From positions 80,826,397 through 80,890,396 of the forward strand of contig CM097887.1 of assembly GCA_044892525.1 (NCBI GenBank): 64,000 nt of DNA, given 5' to 3'. Below the pieces are notes generated by a model that made no database searches, was not told the origin of the DNA, and saw nothing but the letters and a program-made list of their open reading frames with translations. Positions 1 to 12,354 of the stretch are shown piece by piece. The position numbers and the translations under genes were made by a program. How positions within the stretch are numbered: the stretch's first letter is position 1; every line of letters starts with the position of its first letter. This DNA is from Schmidtea polychroa (Eukaryota).

Positions 1-102
1 ATGGAAATAAATAGTTACAAACTAATTAATTAAATAAAGGGTTGTTGACAACATTGATCATTTCTTTTAGAAAGCAAAATCACCGAGTTTGACAGTTGCA
101 GT

Positions 103-205
103 TAGAGTTGCCACACCTCCTACAATTTGGATATTTGTCCTACGTACTACTGTAGTAGGTTATTGATTTGTCCTACTTTGAGCCTCTCAACATGTGGCAA
201 CCCTA
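103..205. mobile_element. 103-bp hAT-type MITE
   Basis: TIRs TAGAGTTGCCACA / TGTGGCAACCCTA (12/13 match). 8-bp TSD GTTGCAGT at 95-102 and 206-213. Confidence 0.85.
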
Positions 206-944
206 GTTGCAGTAGCCGTTTGTCATGTCACGACAGTAGAATATGAAAGTTAGTATATTTGTTCAGAGATTTGAGAAATTTTGCTCATTGAACTATAGTA
301 ATTCATGTGAGACCCACACATAAAAGAAAATAAATTAGTAAAGAGCTTTAGTTATGGTAACCAACAGAAGGGGGCTTCATTGAATAAATAGATTTTGAAT
401 TTTGAATAATGTTTGAGCATCATTCTTTACCCTTGGTGAACTTAGGTAACATTTTATCGATTGAAATTATATTATTAATATTTTCAGAATTTTTGTATTT
501 GTTGTAGAAACATAAAATTTGTTATTAATTTGATTATCTTATTGAATAAGAACATTTATTTCAATGCGATTGCATCGGAAAAGGTTTCATAGATTAAATC
601 CAAAAGAGGAAGAGATAGATGTGTTATGTTTTTTCAACATTTCGTTAGCTCCCTATGTAACATAATAAAAATGACGTCCTGAGAATTTGTGTCACATAGA
701 GAAAGTATTTGTTTTAAAATCGATATGAAAATAAATAAAAATTTTTACTATTTTAATTAATTAATTAGGATATTTGTCACTCACTTACTTTGTCAGTGCC
801 ACTTGTTTCCATCTTTTACAAAATGTAAAGTTATTTCGACTTTTTTTGGAAAACAAATTCTAAAGTAATTTTGTTTAAAATTTGATTCCAATCTAACTTT
901 TAAATAACATGAAAAATAAGTTTTTTTGTTTTATTTTATGCTAG

Positions 945-3301
945 ACTGCGAAGGCTTTAAAAGAAGAATTCAAAAAAATGGTGATGGCGGATTACGGAGT
1001 GAGCCCGGAGAAAACCGAAGTTGTCGACACAATTCAACAGGTAAATTATTGGTTAAGTCGTTGTTATGGTTAAGTCGTGTCCTTTCTAAACTTTTGAGAT
1101 CAAGGCCTCTTTGATAAGAAGATTTTAATAAATTTCAATATTATATAAAATACAAGTTTTAGACTTTTAGACCCGCATTTCTCAATTAGTTTTCGAAATT
1201 AGATTCTTGATTTTTTGTGGCTCAATAATTAAATAGGTTTTCACTGAAATTTTAAGAAAAACTTTGTAGCATTAAGCCTACACTAATTTTAAGTGGGTAA
1301 ACATAATGTTTCTTATTTCCCTATAAATCATATTAAATTAATCAAATTCGCCAGATCTCACTGTCACATACTTACAACTGATCTACGTTTTAGTGTTCAC
1401 GTTTGGTTCTAACTCGGACTTTCTTCTTTTTTTCATCTTTTTAAATTAACTTTTTTCAACTTTTAACATGGTATTCGTTACCGAATCGCTACTGACCAAC
1501 TTTCTAAATTTCGTGACATCATTTATTTTATTTTTTATATTTTTTTTATTAATTCTAATTATTTTTTTTTAATTAAATATTTTAAATAAATTTATAATAA
1601 CTTAAACGCTAAAGGTGATTGTTTGCGCGAAAACAGTTTTTGTGTTTGGACTTTTCAGTCCGCAAAGGTGAATATCATTTTTCATACGCCATGTTTGGAA
1701 GTTTACAGATTTTCTGTGACCAAGCTTAAAAAGCAAGAGGCGTGATATTCAGTGATATTCAGTGTACCAGGAAAAGTATGAAAATTGAATCCGAATACTT
1801 ACCTGGAGCAAAAATAAATCTTCGTGTCTCCTACATAGTATTTATGAGAGTCAAAAGCTCGAAACTAGTCTACTATTGGGACTTGCACTGGGTATCACAA
1901 AGTTACGTTATAAACATTTTTGTAAGTCATCCGACAAAAATTTTTTATATACTAGTTTTATAAAATTATTATAAAATTATTATTTGATGTCATGATTAAT
2001 ATATTGACGTCCAGGGCTATTCCTAACAATATATTAGGCGCCCGCCCAAGGAATATTCATGAAATAATTTAGTGATTAGGTCAGTTTTTTGTTTAGTTTA
2101 TTTTAATTTTTTACGAAATTGAAAAGTTCTCGAATGTTATTTGCATTATTGTGGCTTAAAATGTTTTTCAATCCGGTAGCAGTGCAATTCATTGAATACA
2201 ATTCGAGGGGGGGGGTCTAGGTATGTCATTAATCATTTAGTTTTTTTTATTATTTTTGATTTTGTATATCTTTTTTAATTCTAAATTAATTCTGAATGAA
2301 TTCGAAATTTACATAAGTTCATGCATTGGTCACAAATTTGGGATGTGAGCTGTATTCTATTGTATACAACGTGTATTATACATGTACTTCAAACACAATC
2401 ACGTTAAGGAAGAATATCTGAAATTTTTAAGTCAGGGATAAATAAAAACATATTTGATCCCCTTCCTAAATTATGTTGAAATGACGCTTAAACATTTTAA
2501 TTAATGATAACAGTTTTAATCATTGAGTTCTGTAAGGTAGCATGGCTTATCAAACAGGGGAAGAAAAGAAACTGGCAAGTATTTTCCGAGTCGTTACAAA
2601 CTAGCATTGAATGTTGAAGTCTGCTTTAAATTAAATACTGTTTTATTTCGGGAACCACTTGATTGTAGTGCTGTTAGGGAGGGATCTTAGAATCTTTGAG
2701 TACACCCTCATACGAGTCAGATTGTTTGAGAATGCAGTCTAAAATGAATGCCATACTCCACTCAAAGCTAAACACTTGTATGAGTTGACCAAAATAATTA
2801 AATAATTTACCGTCAGTAAGTGTTAAGATTTCATTTGAAAATTTATTATTGTGATTATTATTTTATAACTATTGGTCTTGATGTGTGGGAAAACATTGGC
2901 TTTTAGTCCATATTTTGTTCAATAAAACTTTACAGTTTCATTGACAGGAGCTCCAATGCTGCGGTTTATATAACGAGACGGATTGGAAGGAGTCTCAATG
3001 GTACAACAAAGTAATAAATAAAACACAGCCCGTCCCAAATTCCTGTTGTCCATTAAATAATAAATGCTGGATGAAAAATAAGGAGAATATAAACAGAATC
3101 GGTTGCCTGAATATAGTCATTCAATATTTAAACAAAGTGTTTCTCATCGTAATATATGTCGTTTTTGGGATCATTTTATTTGAGGTATTCACATTATTAG
3201 TTGTAATGTTTCATGGTGGCTGGATGTTCATTTAGATGTTCGTGGTAATGTGCGCCTTCTGCGTGTACCGGCACAAGAACAATATGATGAAGAGGTTATG
3301 A
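945..3301 (+). CDS. Tetraspanin paralog A, 3' part (exons 945-1040, 2948-3184, 3236-3301; 5' exons upstream of the window)
   Basis: Phase-0 GT-AG exons read TAKALKEEFKKMVMADYG..VDTIQQ | ELQCCGLYNETDW..PNSCC..GC..TM4..FE | MFVVMCAFCVYRHKNNMMKRL*. These contain the CCG and PxSCC EC2 motifs. Exon boundaries match paralog B. Confidence 0.9.
1650..1925 (+). repeat. Dispersed repeat (copy 1) containing a hammerhead ribozyme relic
   Basis: Clear similarity to 4810-5050 (TTTTCATACGCCATGTTT, TTACCTGG, AATCTTCG, TTGCACTGGGTATCACAAAG). Confidence 0.75.
1835..1876 (+). ncRNA. Degenerate minimal type I hammerhead ribozyme
   Basis: ATAGTA-[TTTATGA]-GAGtcaaaagCTC-GAAAC-TA-GTC-TACTAT. Stem I is 6 perfect bp, stem II is GAG/CTC, stem III is the palindrome ACTAGT, and there is a GUC cleavage triplet. 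The core CTGATGA is mutated here but intact in the sister copy at 4988-4994. Confidence 0.7.
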
Positions 3302-4685
3302 GCTGGATGACTTAGCCATGACAATTCAACTTTATGAATTAAATGACGCATGATGTTTAAATATTGATTTTAATAAATTGATCATGAACCTATGAATATT
3401 ATTAATAAATATTGCTAGCCGTAAATATAAATGGGTCAAAGGTTGAAGTTCTGTCATTCGGTTTCAGAATGTCGATCAATAAATCTTTCTCGTTTCCACT
3501 GATTTTGGACGATCACGCATTGTGACTTGTTGTCTTTATTCTTTGATATTATACTAAACACAAAGGTCCTCTGTGGTAGTCATATTTTACTCATTCCTAT
3601 TCTATTATATGGAATTGCCTATCAAAATATTAAACAGTGTCACATCAGTTATTGTGAAGCTTCGCAAATTTAATCTATCAGTGATTTGCATATTTCATAC
3701 AACATTAATTTTATGTAACATTAGCGACCCTCCCTATGATGCATCAATTATATACGAGAAAACTGACGAGCATCTGACACATCAAAATTAACAGCACCTA
3801 ATAATATATACATAAGATAGTTTGTCCTAATCAGAAGAATTGTTTATTTCCTTGTTTTGAAAATGTAAGGGTCTTGGAAACGAGATTACACAATGTTTTG
3901 AAATAGGATAAATTTAGCTTTTCATCCTCTAATTATTTCACCACTTGAAATATGGGAAACTCTACCATAACAAACAATATGCGTGACTAACGATGCGGTG
4001 ACAGATGACCCAAATATGTTTAGATTTTCATTGTTACAAGTAATGTATACTATTAACAGAGGATGTTGACGCAGTCTCAGGACTTAGATGGATAAACAAA
4101 TAGTAAACTTTCGACTAAAATTTTGTTTTAATTTNNNNNNNNNNNNNNNNNNNNNNNNNNNNNNNNNNNNNNNNNNNNNNNNNNNNNNNNNNNNNNNNNN
4201 NNNNNNNNNNNNNNNNNNNNNNNNNNNNNNNNNNNNNNNNNNNNNNNNNNNNNNNNNNNNNNNNNNNNNNNNNNNNNNCAGTAGTATGTAGTGAAGACTC
4301 CAGCGCACTTTCAAGGTCATCCCAATTTCATGTCAAGATCAAATATAGACCAATCGAATCATTTTTTTTAAATTAATCATTTTTTTTTAAATGATGATTC
4401 CTAGCACAAAGATGAATATTAAAATGTATTTGTTGATAGTATTCTATTTAATTATTTAATTTATTACATTTTATTATATTTTTATTATATTTTTATTAAT
4501 ATTTTATTTTAATTTAATTACTTCTTTTTAGTTATTTTATTATTTTAATTACTTATGTTATTTATTATAGGGTATTAATTTTTCAGAAATTAAATGTTTT
4601 TCATGCGAATAAAAATGTAGTGGATTAATGTAATGGATTAATGTAATGGATTAAAATATTTTTTTACGGATGTCTATTAATAAAA

Positions 4686-5050
4686 TAAGATTAACATTAC
4701 AAGCTTTGTGATACCCAGTGCAAAAAAATATTTTAATCCATTACAAGTTAAAAATGATAAAGGTTCACGGATGCACTTGTAAACAGTTTCTGTGTATGAC
4801 GGTGTCTCCAGAGGCGAATATGATTTTTCATACGCCATGTTTAAAAGTTTGCAGATATTTGTTTCTGTGATTTAGCGAATTTGCAAGTGATGTGATTTAC
4901 AGTGTAGCAGGTAAAGTATAAAGTTGAATCAGCAATATTATATATTTACCTGGCGCAAAGAGAAATCTTCGCGTGTCCTGTATAGTACTGATGAGAGTAT
5001 ACTTTTGCGATTTGCACTGGGTATCACAAAGCTTGTAATGTTTATCTTAT
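4686..5050 (+). repeat. Dispersed repeat (copy 2) with ~40-bp inverted termini; retains ATAGTA-CTGATGAG but lacks the GAAAC half
   Basis: ATAAGATTAACATTACAAGCTTTGTGATACCCAGTGCAAA is the near-perfect reverse complement of the ~5010-5050 end. The body is similar to 1650-1925. Confidence 0.7.
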
Positions 5051-5180
5051 CTTACTTAAAACTAATTATCTAAATTTATTGGAAAAATGAATTATTAAAT
5101 GATAAAACACATTTTAATTAACTAAGTCAAATTATTCACAATACACTAAAACCTCGATTTGCGTAGTTTTCGAAGTTGCG

Positions 5181-5979
5181 TTGTTTTTGAAATTTAAAGA
5201 TCTTGCAGAAAATTGTGCAGTTCCCGAGTTGAAAACTTATTGTCAAACTCAAAATATTGTTTTTAAAATGTTGGTAGACGATATTTCAGAAAAAGTGAAA
5301 TTTGTTTTTATGCTACCAAACACGACGACATCCATCATACAACCGATGGATCAAGGTGTTATATCAAATTTTAAATGTTACTATTTACGACGAACGTTTA
5401 GTCAACTTATTGCATCAACTGATGGGGATGATAAGCCCACTATGAAACGGTTGTTGGAAAAATTATAAGATATTGATGTCTATAGAAAATATAAACCATG
5501 CATGGATGGAAGTAAACAAAACATGTATGAACGGAGTTTGGCGTCAACTATGGCCAGAAAGCGTAGATAAAGATCCAGAAGTTTACGTTGTACCAACTGT
5601 TCGTAGAGAAATTTCTGAATTCACTAGAGAAGCAAACTTTGAAGGCATGGAGGAAGATGATATTAATGAGATATTGATACCACATGATGAAGAACTTAAT
5701 AATGAAGATTTAATTTTTATAAATGTTGAACGTTCTTTGGTGGACGATATTAATACACCTGATATAGCTTTAGAAGAAAAACAATTAACGGCTCGTTGTA
5801 TTTCTAAAGCAATGCAACTCTTTTCACAGGCAATGGACATTTTTGTAGATAATGACACTGACAAAAATCTATGCTTAGCGGTTACGCGAACTATTGATAA
5901 CGCTATCAATTGCTATAAAGAAATTTATATGGAAAAGAAGCTGCAAGTTCAGGATTTTTGTATACAAAATCGACTGTAA
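5181..5979 (+). pseudogene. pogo/Tigger DDE_1 transposase remnant (frameshifted)
   Basis: FMLPNTTTSIIQPMDQGVISNFKCYYLRR matches the pogo FLPPNTTSxIQPMDQGVI motif. The downstream acidic helical tail is typical. Confidence 0.85.
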
Positions 5980-6626
5980 CTAAAAAGTCCAAGATATTTT
6001 AAAGTCTATATAATTTTTTCTATACAAAATCCAACCCTCGTTAAAAAATAAAAAGTAATTTAAGATCTATAGATTTTTGTACTAGAATTTATGGTCAAAT
6101 ATTTTGATTAATCAATGGCTATGTGAAATTTTGGTACTTATTTTAAATTAAAGTAAATTAAGGCAATATTTTAAAAATTAGTAATATATTTTCAATATTT
6201 TTAAAATATTATAAGAATTTTTTTCAAATTTCACCATTGATTTCTTTTCCATTGAAATTGTATTTAATAAAAGGTTTGACTATGAATCAGTAAATATATC
6301 GATGTTTTTGATATTTACGAATTTTCAGGACTGCCTTTTATAGGTGAATTTGATCAAACATTTTGGCAATAATTGAAGTGATGAAGTATATCAAATTCTG
6401 AAAGTAGATAAAAAAACAAAATCATGCCACTTATGTGATAGTTGATCATGAAAACACACAAATCATGGTAAATTCTATGAACAAGAACTTCAAATCATTC
6501 ATGCCCCTAATGTATTCAGAATTCAAAAGATTTTAAAAAGCAATAAAGATGAAAAATATAAACAATACTATGTTAAATTGCGTCTCCGTCTTGCACATCT
6601 GAAAATCAATTGATTAAATAAATATT

Positions 6627-7530
6627 ATGGTAGAAAACCAGTTTTATATGATTTTACCTAGTAATAGTTATACTCTTATTTTTCTTGATAATGAAGCTAG
6701 TAAATTTAATGTTGAATTTCTATTAACTTGGATGGTGAATGGAAAGTAGCTCTCGTGGACTTTACTATTGTGTATAATACTTTTCCTTATTACAGTAATT
6801 CATTGGTTCAAAGATTGCTGAAGAAATTAAATATTTCAGAATAAATAATTTAAATCGAACATTTGAAGTAATAAATTCAACAAATACTGCTGAAGTTGAC
6901 ATGTTGAATAAAATATATGAGAATTTAGTAGTTGTTTGTCCACGTGTTCCATTTAAAATTAATTTTCCAGATATTGAACACGCCAATAATTGTGTATTAA
7001 AATCAACATATATCATTAGTGAAAGTGATCATTTTCGAATTAAATTACAAAAATTTACAGAAGATAATATAATTGATCAATTTGCTATTATTATTAGTGG
7101 TGTTGAAAAAACAAAATTTGAACATTATTTCGAAGATAAATTATACTTCAATACTTTATCTGAAATACGAGGACAGTTAATCACAATTAATCCGACTCCA
7201 TTTAAAGATTTAAAAATTCAAAAAAATGAATTGGTTAAAATAAGTCTTGCTGATAACATTTCAGCAATAACCTTTGATACAAATTTAACAGAAACAATGA
7301 GATTAAAGAAACAAACATTTACAGAGAAAGAAATTTTTGGGACTAAAATTCTTTAATCATCATCAACAAATACTTATTTATTCCAATATTATTGAACCAT
7401 TGACTGTTGGAGATGTAAGAGTCCCGCTATTGAAATCTATTTGGATAAAAAAAATATGAACATGGAGAAATTATGCAATTAGAAATGAAGAATTCAATGT
7501 ACCTACCAATTTCTATTTCTTCTAATTTTT
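6627..7530 (+). pseudogene. Polinton/Maverick (adintovirus-like) minor capsid/penton-like gene, degenerate
   Basis: N-terminus MVENQFYMILPSNS..DNEASKFNVEF..NLDGEWKVALVD and C-terminal IEPLTVGDVRVPLLKSI match motifs I recognise from the Polinton penton family. Adjacent to pPolB. Confidence 0.7.
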
Positions 7531-9139
7531 CAGATATTTTTTATTTAATGTGCCAAAAAACAAAGGTCGTTTCTTAGTATGTCGCGAATGAAAAAAGTTT
7601 GGCAGACACTGAATTAGTTTTTAATTCTATCAAGGTTGAAGGATCAAATGATAGATTTGCTCACAAGGTATTAATCGAAACAATTAGAAATTTTAATGGA
7701 GATACTAAACGAATATCCTTAGATGGAATGGGGTATACGGAACATGATCTACTTATTACATCAGAAAAATTTATTTCTTTGATAGCACATTTAGGTAAAA
7801 TTAGTTTAAGATTCATCGATTCTTATCAGTTTGCCAATGATTCTTTGATAAAAGCTGTGAAAACTTTAAATACGTTACCTTTGACCAACTCTATCTTTAC
7901 TGGTAATATTGTTTCTGAAAAGAGTATATTTCATTACAACTTTGCTACTTCATTAGAAGTTCTTGAAACTACTAACGAGTTACTATCAATCTGGCAAGGT
8001 TTTATGGAGAGTCAAGAAGCTCAGGAGATTTGGATTGAAACTAGATGTGTAAATATGCTTGACTATATGATAATATACTTAAAACTCGTTTTTTTCTTTT
8101 GGCTTATTTCTTTTAACAATTCCGTTTGAAATTTATAGCTCACAATAGGTTAGAACCATTGAATTATTTCAGAATTCCTGGAATTTCTTGGTCTTCTTTA
8201 ATGTCGTTAGATGAACCAATTGAAATGATCACTGAAAACGAAATGTTTAGTTTTTATGAGGGTAGATGAGGTCTTACTTTTGTAAATAAACATTTTGTGA
8301 AAACTGATGAAAGCACTGAGCTGCTTTATATTCACACCAATAATCCTTACGGTTGGGTTTTAAATGAATAATTTACTTGTTGAGAATTTAGTTGGGTACT
8401 TGATGGATTTGATTTTATATTGGCTGAATGTTTGAATTTAAAACTTGAATCTTTGTCTTATGGATACACTCTTGACGTAGGTCTTGTAATTTCTTCTGAA
8501 CTTTATGATAAGTTGGATGATTTCCTTGTTGCAGCTGAAAAACTTAAACCAGTTGATTCAAAGGTAGAAAGATTGTTATTAACCCATTATCCAAAAATGA
8601 ATTGTGTTATTCATTGAAGGTTGTTAAAGTTATACTTGATACTTGGTGTTAAAGTTACACGTGAAAATAGAGCTGTAAAGTTTAAACAAACTCCTATTTT
8701 TAAAATATATATAGACACCAATACGGATTTGAGAGTTAAAAGTACAAATATTTTAGATAGAAACTATTAAAAGTTATTAAATGATAGTTTATATGGAAAA
8801 ACTGTGGAGAACTTAAACTGAAGAATGAATCTACGATTATGAACTACCCATAAAAAATTTGTAATATGTACATCAAAACCAATATTTGAAAAATCTATTA
8901 AAATGATGACAACTTGATTGCAGCCTTGTTAAATCCTGATTCTATATGTTTAGATAGACTAAGTTACATTGTACAATCTGCACTTGATCTATCTAAACTT
9001 CGCATGTATGTAGACTTGGAAAAATTTCGACAACAGTTTAATTGTGATATTAGTATTGTTGCTTGAGATACAAACTCTTTCGTTTTAGAAATATCTAATT
9101 AGAAATTAGAAAAAAGCTTTTCAGAAATGATTAAGAAAT

Positions 9140-9987
9140 TATTGGGTATTTCTAGCAAGTCGGTACTACTATCTGACTCCTTTGTGTTCTTTTCAAAATA
9201 AATAAACGACCCAACACAAAATCTTTATTTAACACTGATGCAGTTACACTTTTTACACTTTTTATTAGTTCAATCACACTTGATACAACCAGGTTTTGTC
9301 TGCACTTTTCAATTTGCTAACAAATCTCACGCAGGGATAGATCTTCCAACGGGAGATGTCCCTTTCTGGTACGTTCGATTTAAATTATTTAATTTCTACT
9401 AACTTTATTGTTTCCTTTTTCGCACTCGCCAAACTTCTATTTTCTTTTTCTTCGACCAACTGGCAGTTTTGTTTTCTTGCCAGTTGCTTTTATACCCACT
9501 TGGTTGACTTTATTTTGACGAATTAGTTTGGGTCTAACTTCCCCCCGGGCTTCCTCTTGTAGCTCTAATTCAATTTAAGGAAATTACCCTTTTTTTCTTT
9601 GACGGCTCGCGTCACTATTATTTTATTCGGCTAATTTAATTGCCTTCCCAAAATTGGATTGCTAAGTCAGGTTTTCTCAAATCGCTCGGGTTTTCCATTG
9701 TCTCGAGTTTCCCATTAGCTCGGGTTCTCCATTAGTTAATTAATTTTTAATTAATTTTTGTTTTTTGTAATTTATTCCTTTTAGGGACTCCCCATTGATT
9801 TTATTTTATTATAGTTGAACTCGTAAAATTAATTAGCATCCGCCCATACCAGCTTCCCCCGGAAAATATTCATTTTTAAAATTTTTTGATTTTTAATTAA
9901 TATTTTGTACTTTAAATTTTTATTTTGAATTTGGTGTTTTTATCGATTTTCACCTCATTTTTGTGCCTTTCCTGTTGAACCCTAACA
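9140..9987 (-). mobile_element. Solo LTR (848 bp)
   Basis: Termini TATTGGG...CCCTAACA (degenerate TGTTGGG...CCCAACA). 4-bp TSD AAAT at 9136-9139 and 9988-9991. Similar to 10282-10974. TATA and AATAAA motifs lie on the minus strand. Confidence 0.75.
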
Positions 9988-10281
9988 AAATGATTAATGA
10001 ACTTTTGGACACTTGGAATTATCCTACTGATCTTTATTCTAAAAAAACTTGATTCTGTTATAGGCAAATTTAAAGATGAGAGTAAGGTTGAAGAATATAA
10101 CGAGTGGGTATTCTTAAGACCCAAGTGTTACAGCTTGTTAGGTAAATCAAAATGTCTAAAAGCTAAAGGGGTTTCTTTAAAAGATATTAAACTGAACCAT
10201 AAATCTTATAAGAATTGCTTTAAAAAAAACTCAATTTTTTCTGTACTATCAATTTCGTATTGGTACAAAGAACTATCAATT

Positions 10282-10974
10282 TGTTGGGTTTTTATTTTTA
10301 AGTCGGTTCTCTCTCTGACTCCTTGTGTTCTTATTCAACCAAGTAAATTGAAACCCAACACAGAATAATTTTATTCAATCTTTATCACAATTAAAATTTG
10401 TCACTATTTGCATCTTTCTCTCAATATCACTGATCTCCTGGTTTCTGTGATTCTCTTTTCTCTTTTTCTATCTTCGACCAAATGGCGGCTTGCTCATTTC
10501 TGAGCTCTCTTTTTATATTGTTTCTGAAAGGCCAATTATCTAGAGAATCGCAATTGAGTATTCCCCGGGAATACTAAGTCAATATTTGAGGGTTTTCTAT
10601 TTGTTTTAATTTGTTTACCATTGATTATGGCTCAAAATATTCCCTCTTTCATCTTATTGCTCGGGTCTCACTGCGCATCGGGTTTCCATAGGTTCGGGCT
10701 TCCCATTGGCTCAGGCTTTCCAATACCGATAAATTCGTTTTAATAAATTTTCTTTTCGAGTTAACTTTCCATGTGAACAACTTGTTAAATTTTCATTATA
10801 ATTTCTGGACTCGTCTATCAATTTGGCGTTCAACCATATCCGATACCCACGTTCAATATTGATTTTTGATCTTTAGTAAGTTTTAATTAATTTTGCACTT
10901 TTATTGATTTTATCATTATTTGTTATGCTATCCTTTTATACATGAATTTTTTGGTTTTTGCGCTAATCCCAACA
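10282..10974 (-). mobile_element. Solo LTR (693 bp)
   Basis: Termini TGTTGGG...CCCAACA (perfect 7-bp inverted repeat). 4-bp TSD AATT at 10278-10281 and 10975-10978. Excision rejoins the pPolB frame. Confidence 0.88.
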
Positions 10975-11426
10975 AATTATATAGTTTCAATTCTAAAATG
11001 GCGTTTACTAATAAAGAGGATAAAAGGGTTTGGGTGGGTAAAAATAAAAGTTTTGTATATGGACATTTAAGGTTAAATAATACTAATGAAAACAGAGCAA
11101 TTAATGCAGAAAATTATGGTAAAAATGAAGATAACGTTGATGCAGATGGAGAAATTTAAGATACTGTTCAATAAGTATTAAATGAAAACAATCTTATAGA
11201 CATTAGAAGATGTCTTGCTTTAAGATGATGATGAAGATTTTTATTGAATAAACTTTGTATCTTTATTTTGTTTTTAATTGTTATTATTTTTATATATTTA
11301 AACTTTTGATAAACTATTTCAAAAAACCATACATTTTAAAACAGTCAGAATGAAACTCAATATATCGTCGCAACAACCCGTTGTGCACCTATAAAACATC
11401 GTCGCGGATATCTTATTTATTTATAT

Positions 11427-12354
11427 TTATTTTATTTTTATTTTATAAGAACGAAATATAGGTGCTTGCGTGAATTTAACTGCTCTATAAATTTTAACAA
11501 CCGTCGCACCGAGTGAAAGATAAAGTCTAAGAAGCCTCAAATGAAGAACATGGTTCTTCTTTGGCCAATGCGTGAGCATTAGCTTCGCAACTTTGGATTT
11601 CGGTGGACACATCTTTCCCGCAGCAATATGAAAGTCATTCAAGAAGTCATGCAAACATTCAGGTATAACGATATCAACTTCCATAGTATACCCATATGGA
11701 AGGTTATCAATATCATCATTCACACATTCAGAAAGTACAGTATCCAAATCATCATACACCCATACAAAGTCAGCATAAGGCAGATTTTGGCTTAAGGCCC
11801 AACCATACAAGTTGTTAATATCTATGTACAAGAGTTTTGTGTCTTCAGAACTAGCAACATAATGTTTGTTAATAAATGTTAACCCACCCCGTATCCCTCC
11901 TTCATAGAAATTGAACATTTCCATGTCCTGCAAAAGTTCTATGGGTTCCGTTAATTTGATTAGCGCTGAGGCCCATGACATACCGGGAATTCCATAGAAA
12001 TTAAGAGGCTCCAGACCATTGTAAGCAATTGCCTTTGCACGGAATTGCTGAAAATAGTCTGCGAGGAGAAACACGTCTAATTTAAGGTAAATTAACATGT
12101 AATCTAACATGTTATTGCAGTTTTGTTGAGTCCAAATAACTTGGGCTAATGCATACTCATCATTAGACACAGAATCCCAGATCGGAGGTAGCTCAAGAGT
12201 TGATTCCAAAACCTCAAGAGATGTGGCGAAGTCATAAGGAAAGATACCTTTGGTTCGAACAATTGCGCCATCAAAAACAGAAGAAGTTAAAGGCAGATGT
12301 GAAAGAGTCTTAACCGCTTTTGCTAAAGATGAATTAACAAAAACTGCATGCTGT
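11427..12354 (-). pseudogene. Polinton pPolB (copy 2), segment downstream of the giant-element insertion
   Basis: SSLAKAVKTL, FYEGGIRGGL, LLYIDINNLYGWALSQNLPY, KAVKF-type motifs. The first ~55 aa of the supplied ORF come from the LTR. Confidence 0.9.

Larger units (their letters stand above)
7545..11090 (+). pseudogene. Polinton protein-primed DNA polymerase B (copy 1), degenerate, interrupted by two solo LTRs
   Basis: Motifs LRFIDSYQF..SLIKAVKTL, LLNDSLYGKT, DSVIGKFKDE, LRPKCYS, KAKGV, EDKRVW..YGH. Removing both solo LTRs restores continuity (RIGTKNYQ|LYSFNSKMAF). Confidence 0.85.
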
